Below, piece by piece: positions 59,532 to 64,000 of a stretch of DNA of 64,000 nucleotides. Position 1 is the first letter of the stretch. Each line of letters begins with the position of its first letter. The stretch spans positions 1 through 64,000 of IMG/VR virus record IMGVR_UViG_3300047382_000771; one strand, written 5' to 3'. The notes beneath the pieces were generated by a model that had not been told where the DNA came from, did no database searches, and saw nothing but the letters and a program-made list of their open reading frames with translations. Source of the DNA: a virus. Taxonomy: Duplodnaviria > Caudoviricetes. The position numbers and the translations under genes are program-made.

Positions 59532-62099
59532 CTAGGAGCTCTTTTTAATTGTTTCTACTTGCCTTTTAAGAGAGTCTATTTCCCTTTGTTGGTCTTTAAG
59601 AGCCTCTATTAAAACGGGTATTAATTTATGATAAGAAACAGCCAGGTTACCTTCGGAATCATTACCTACTGCATCAGGAAAAACTGATTGGACATCTTGA
59701 GCAATAACACCTATATCTTTTTTCCCCGCAAGATCTAAAGGAGCATCTTCAGTCCATACAAACTCGTAACCAGAAATTTTAGAGACTTTGTCTATAGCAT
59801 TGGTTAGAAACTTTAAATTAGATTTTAATCTCTTATCAGATGTGAATAAACTAGGTTCAGTCCCTGCGTTCCAATTGGTTATAGATAGAGTTCCGTCCGC
59901 TGCAACAGAAAGACCATTGCCTGGTTTGACTGTGCCTACTGCAGCAGCTGTTGCGACTGCAACACTGGCAGCGAGAGTTATTTGGGTGTCCGATGCTTGG
60001 TCGGCTGTAAAAGTTCCAACTTGAGTTCCTGATCCATCAACAAATGTTAGTGTTCCATTGTTGGGGGCAGGAGGATCTGGTACAGTGATCGTTGTGTTGG
60101 TCGATTGGTTTGCTGTAAAGTTACCTAGTACTGTGCCAGAATTTGTTGTTATACTTAATGTCCCATCGTTGGGGGTGTCAGGCACCGTGACAGTTGAGTC
60201 TCCATTTTGGTTAGCGGTGAATGTCCCAAGTGTTGTGCCACTTTGGTTTTGGACTGTTAATGTTCCATCCTTAATATCAGAAAGTAAAGCTACTTGACTG
60301 CCGTTCCATAATAAATCAGTAGTTGTAACCTTAAGAACTTCAGACCAATTTGATCCGCTGTCGCCACTGGTTTCAAAAGAAAAGCCTGCATTAGTATTAA
60401 AGGGTCCATCGACAAGGGTGAATTGCTGCCAAGAACTACCTTCTCTGTTCCTTAGTGTGACATCTCTACCATCCACTCTCCCTGTACTTGTAATAATATT
60501 GCCAGGAGAAATATTTGTGTTAGTCTGACCAAAAGCTATGTTGCCTAAGTTATCAACAACAAGTGGGTTTGGTAATGTCGCTCCATTATCAGTTGTTGTT
60601 CCAATAGCTATATTGTTTAAATCTGAAGCTATAGCGGCAGTAGCTGCTCCAGAACTCGCGCCTCTTAAATAAAGCGAGGGTGTATTTGAAACTCCGTCAA
60701 TACATAGCAGATCTTGCATGAAAGAAAAGCCACCGATTACTTTAAATTTAGATGTACCAATTGGTGTGGTGCCCGCAACAATATCTCCAACTGATACATT
60801 GCCAGTGGAATCTATAGATATCCTAGGGGAAGCAGTGGTTGAAATATGGAAATAAGATGAAGTAGTTGTCCCTATATATGAGTCATTAAAATCCCCAACC
60901 TCTACCTTCAATTCTGTAGATGAATTTTTAATTCTCAAACCATTATTACCATCCGCGCCCCCTTCATTAACTGTTGAGTCAATCCAGGAACTGGGATTAT
61001 TGTCATTTAAACCAAGTTTACCTAAGCTCGTGATGCGAGCCCTCTCTGTGGCACCATCAATGCCTGCAGTAGAATTATTTAAAGTAGTATGAAAAACTAA
61101 TGCACCATCTTCGGCATTATTTGTGTTTGTTTCGATGGCCCCACCAATAAAAGCATATGGCTTATTAGCTTCAGAGTTAGATGAATGTCCAAAATTGAAA
61201 GAAACCCCAACCATGTCTCCTTCAATAGAACTAGGTTTTTCAATAAAAATTGGAGCATTGTCTCCAGCATAAACGTGGAGTTGAGTTGATGGTTCTTCTG
61301 TATGAATCCCTACTAAACCATCTTTAACTATAAATTGGCCAGATTGAAAGTCGTCAATTAAAAATTGTATTCCATCTTCGTAACTAATGTTTAACTTGCC
61401 TGTTGGTGCTGCGCCTGAACCCATATGTATATTACCAGCAGAATTAGCCCAAAAAAATGTTTCATTAGCTGAAGCTAAACCCGCGTCTAATCTTATCAGT
61501 GGCACATTGTCTTCTGCACCATCCCTGGTTCTAGCATCTATATATAAACCAGAATGGCTAGCATTTAATGCTGTATTAATGTATTGCCTATAATTATAGT
61601 GGTTGCAGGAGTTTCTGTAATCATTAAAGTGATTACCGCCAACAATAATAGAATCTGAAAAACATCCCGTTACTGATTTTAAATTTTTTGCAATAGAATG
61701 GTCTGAGGTTAATAATGTAAATGTCCCGCTATTACCAAAAATCTCATCAACATAAGTATTTTCTAATAAATATGTATCACCACTAACCCTTAAGTTGTCT
61801 TTTATGTACATACCTTCTCCTGAAGCTATATACATTTTGGTGTCACCACCTATGTCAAATTTTAAATCTCTTGCGTCTGTAGGATCAAAGAGGCCTATGT
61901 GTAATGCCTCATCATTCCCAGAAAAAGGGTATAACCCTCCGAACATTTCGTCTTTTAGGTCAACTGAAAGACGCTTAAAATCCCATTTATAGTTCCTTGC
62001 ATTAACGTCGGAACTGACCCCACTAGCTACTACAAAATAAGTATGAGAATCTCCTGAACCGTAAAAATCTTCAAACTGACTAATTTTTTTATCTGCCAT
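59532..62099 (-). CDS. Tail fibre with C-terminal Peptidase_S74 intramolecular chaperone (855 aa)
   Basis: SDKRLKSN...IGVIAQDVQ-x-VFPDAV...V-x-Y-x-KLIPVLIEALKD; repeated R-x2-I-x-S-x-G-x-VG shaft motifs; three GTL...FTANQ repeats. Confidence 0.88.
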   Translation of the reverse strand: MADKKISQFEDFYGSGDSHTYFVVASGVSSDVNARNYKWDFKRLSVDLKDEMFGGLYPFSGNDEALHIGLFDPTDARDLKFDIGGDTKMYIASGEGMYIKDNLRVSGDTYLLENTYVDEIFGNSGTFTLLTSDHSIAKNLKSVTGCFSDSIIVGGNHFNDYRNSCNHYNYRQYINTALNASHSGLYIDARTRDGAEDNVPLIRLDAGLASANETFFWANSAGNIHMGSGAAPTGKLNISYEDGIQFLIDDFQSGQFIVKDGLVGIHTEEPSTQLHVYAGDNAPIFIEKPSSIEGDMVGVSFNFGHSSNSEANKPYAFIGGAIETNTNNAEDGALVFHTTLNNSTAGIDGATERARITSLGKLGLNDNNPSSWIDSTVNEGGADGNNGLRIKNSSTELKVEVGDFNDSYIGTTTSSYFHISTTASPRISIDSTGNVSVGDIVAGTTPIGTSKFKVIGGFSFMQDLLCIDGVSNTPSLYLRGASSGAATAAIASDLNNIAIGTTTDNGATLPNPLVVDNLGNIAFGQTNTNISPGNIITSTGRVDGRDVTLRNREGSSWQQFTLVDGPFNTNAGFSFETSGDSGSNWSEVLKVTTTDLLWNGSQVALLSDIKDGTLTVQNQSGTTLGTFTANQNGDSTVTVPDTPNDGTLSITTNSGTVLGNFTANQSTNTTITVPDPPAPNNGTLTFVDGSGTQVGTFTADQASDTQITLAASVAVATAAAVGTVKPGNGLSVAADGTLSITNWNAGTEPSLFTSDKRLKSNLKFLTNAIDKVSKISGYEFVWTEDAPLDLAGKKDIGVIAQDVQSVFPDAVGNDSEGNLAVSYHKLIPVLIEALKDQQREIDSLKRQVETIKKSS

Positions 62100-62119
62100 A
62101 TCAAGTATAGATTACACAT
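62100..62119 (-). promoter_or_regulatory. GTGTA motif (putative late promoter)
   Basis: ATGTGTAATCTATACTTGAT-ATG. Confidence 0.6.
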
Positions 62120-62143
62120 AATTGGCAAAAAGTTTTAAACTAA

Positions 62144-64000
62144 TTATGATACTTTAAATTTTATTTCAGAATTCGATAGGTAGAAATCAAAATTTATAGA
62201 TGTATTTACATTTTTATTTAAAACATAAGAAGATAGTGGAGACTCTATGTTTTTCTTAATTATTCTATCTAAAGGCCTAGCTCCCATGTTTTCTTTTCTT
62301 GCTAATTCACATATATATTGTACGGAATCTTCATCTAAAGATAGGGAGATATCTCTTTTTTTCAGTTTCTTTTTTAGAGAAGAGATTTTGCCATTTAATA
62401 TTTTAATAAAAGATTCTTGTGGTAAGTTCTCGAATAAAATAATCTCATCAAGCCTATTGCAAAGTTCTGGGCTTAATAATTTTATAGCTTCTTCTCTGAC
62501 TTCTTCTTCTTTTGTATTATTTGACTGGCTAAACCCGAGACTGGTTTTGGTTAAAAGGTGAGCCCCTATGTTACTAGTTAATATAATAACACAATCTTTA
62601 AAATACGCTTTGCCGCCAAACTGATCTTCTATCTCACCTTCCTCTAAGATTTGTAATAATAATTGCTGGACATCTCTATGAGCTTTCTCTATTTCATCAA
62701 AAATTAAAACACAGTGTGGGGTTTTTTTAACTTTTTCTATTAAGAATCCCCCCTCTTCATAACCCACATAGCCAGGAGAAGAGCCTATAAGCTTTGATGA
62801 GGATATTTTTTCAGAGTACTCAGACATATCTAGTCTGATGACTTTTTTAGAATCTCCAAAAAACTTTTCAGCTAAAACTTTGCCAGTATAGGTTTTGCCA
62901 GTACCTGTTAGACCTAGAAATAAAAATGAAGATATTGGTTTGTGGTTATCCTTAATGCCTAATTTTGACCTACCTATGCTATCCACTATGGAGTCAATAG
63001 CAGATGGTTGACCTATAACTTGAGATTTTAGGGAACGTTTTAAATTATTTAAATTAAACGAAGATGATTTATTGATATGCTCTACTGGCACCTTTGTTTT
63101 TTTAGCGACTATAGACTCAATCAGGTCTATTGATATGGTTCTATCTATAGATTTTTCCCATTTGTTGTATTCATCTTCGTATCTATCCAGTAAGCTTTCC
63201 TCTAGTTTAGCATTAATTTCAGGCTCATAACTTAAGTCGTAGAGCTGGGATTCTATTTGAGATAAAGAGGAAGGTTCGGTTAGATTAAATATTTTTAAAC
63301 AAGAGCCAGCCTCATCCATTAAATCGATGGCTTTATCAGGGAAATATTTAGTTGGCAAAAACTCTTCAGCCAAATCCACAATTTTCTTCAAGCATGTTTT
63401 GGAGTATTTTACATCATGGAATTCTTCGTATGATTTTTTAATTCCATTAAGTATTTCTAGGCACTCGCTTTTGTTGGGCTCATCAACAAACACAGGTTCA
63501 AGCCTTCTGTTCAAAGCCATATCTTTTTCTATGCTTTTTTTATACTCTGGATATGTAGTGGCGGTAATTAGTTTGATTTGACCCCTAGCGAGAGCTGGCT
63601 TTAATATATTAGCAGCATCCAATGCCCCCTCCGCACTCCCCGCACCAATCAAGGTATGAGCCTCGTCAATAAATAAAATAATATTAGAATCAGAAACCTC
63701 TGAAATTAAGTTTTTTAATCTTTGCTCGAATTGACCTCTATATTTAGTGCCAGCAACCATTGATGCTATATCGACAGCATAAACTTCAAAATTTTGCAAG
63801 AAAGATGGGCAGCGTTTAGCCACAATTAGATTAGCTAGACCTTCCACACATGCAGTTTTACCTACGCCAGGGTCACCAATTAAAATGGGATTGTTTTTAT
63901 TTTTTCTACCCAAGATTTCGAAAATTCTATTAACTTCAGAGTCACGACCTATGACTTTATCAATCTTGCCCCTCGATGACATTTCATTTAAATTAACACA
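62144..64000 (-). CDS. clpC: ClpA/ClpC-type Clp protease ATPase subunit (5' end beyond the window)
   Basis: Two AAA+ modules (GDPGVGKT, FIDEAH; GLTGTGKT, FDEIEKAH), LGF ClpP-docking-like loop, no long ClpB middle domain; frame open to the window edge. Confidence 0.88.
   Translation of the reverse strand, partial: CVNLNEMSSRGKIDKVIGRDSEVNRIFEILGRKNKNNPILIGDPGVGKTACVEGLANLIVAKRCPSFLQNFEVYAVDIASMVAGTKYRGQFEQRLKNLISEVSDSNIILFIDEAHTLIGAGSAEGALDAANILKPALARGQIKLITATTYPEYKKSIEKDMALNRRLEPVFVDEPNKSECLEILNGIKKSYEEFHDVKYSKTCLKKIVDLAEEFLPTKYFPDKAIDLMDEAGSCLKIFNLTEPSSLSQIESQLYDLSYEPEINAKLEESLLDRYEDEYNKWEKSIDRTISIDLIESIVAKKTKVPVEHINKSSSFNLNNLKRSLKSQVIGQPSAIDSIVDSIGRSKLGIKDNHKPISSFLFLGLTGTGKTYTGKVLAEKFFGDSKKVIRLDMSEYSEKISSSKLIGSSPGYVGYEEGGFLIEKVKKTPHCVLIFDEIEKAHRDVQQLLLQILEEGEIEDQFGGKAYFKDCVIILTSNIGAHLLTKTSLGFSQSNNTKEEEVREEAIKLLSPELCNRLDEIILFENLPQESFIKILNGKISSLKKKLKKRDISLSLDEDSVQYICELARKENMGARPLDRIIKKNIESPLSSYVLNKNVNTSINFDFYLSNSEIKFKVS

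Noticed and set aside
200-63581. Plus-strand and nested ORFs in the track (e.g. 1755-2066, 6199-6600, 25601-25930, 38993-39379, 52867-53235, 30842-31054)
   Set aside because: Antisense or out-of-frame shadows of better-supported genes or the tmRNA, with no motifs or expression signals; only 10818-11242 was kept.
1-64000. CRISPR array or cas genes
   Set aside because: No regularly spaced repeat-spacer structure or Cas-like ORF seen.
1-64000. Stop-codon reassignment
   Set aside because: Recognisable genes are full length in the standard code; TAA, TGA and TAG all occur as true ends (e.g. TAG at 25804, 44010, 59532).
62144-64000. ClpB disaggregase
   Set aside because: No long middle coiled-coil, and an LGF loop is present, favouring ClpA/C.
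1-64000. Specific host or phage taxon
   Set aside because: No capsid, terminase or polymerase gene in the window and no database search possible; gene content only suggests a Gram-negative host (porin, lipoprotein).

Overview
AT-rich, densely packed 64-kb segment of a large tailed dsDNA phage; the host lineage cannot be assigned from sequence alone. Nearly all genes are on the minus strand. Left half (1-33 kb): early/middle region with about 20 near-consensus sigma70 promoters, mostly placed to give leaderless or near-leaderless mRNAs. It carries many small hypothetical ORFs, nucleotide enzymes (ThyX, dUTPase, dNMP kinase, nucleoside deoxyribosyltransferase-like) and repair/recombination genes (UvsE plus a catalytically degenerate paralogue, RuvB, two PD-(D/E)XK nucleases, HNH). 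It also has a macrodomain, a C5 DNA methyltransferase, two sigma-factor-like proteins, a GHKL/MORC-like ATPase next to a triple winged-helix protein, HPF, tRNA-Thr(UGU), a complete tmRNA and a porin-containing membrane cassette. Right half (33-62 kb): tail-fibre/receptor-binding/structural array (FN3, LamG, beta-helix, CBM5/12, cupredoxin, S74 chaperone) with shared short N-terminal motifs and a GTGTA motif in every long intergenic gap. The window ends in a ClpA/ClpC-type ATPase cut by the edge. All family calls come from motif recognition by eye; no database search was run.
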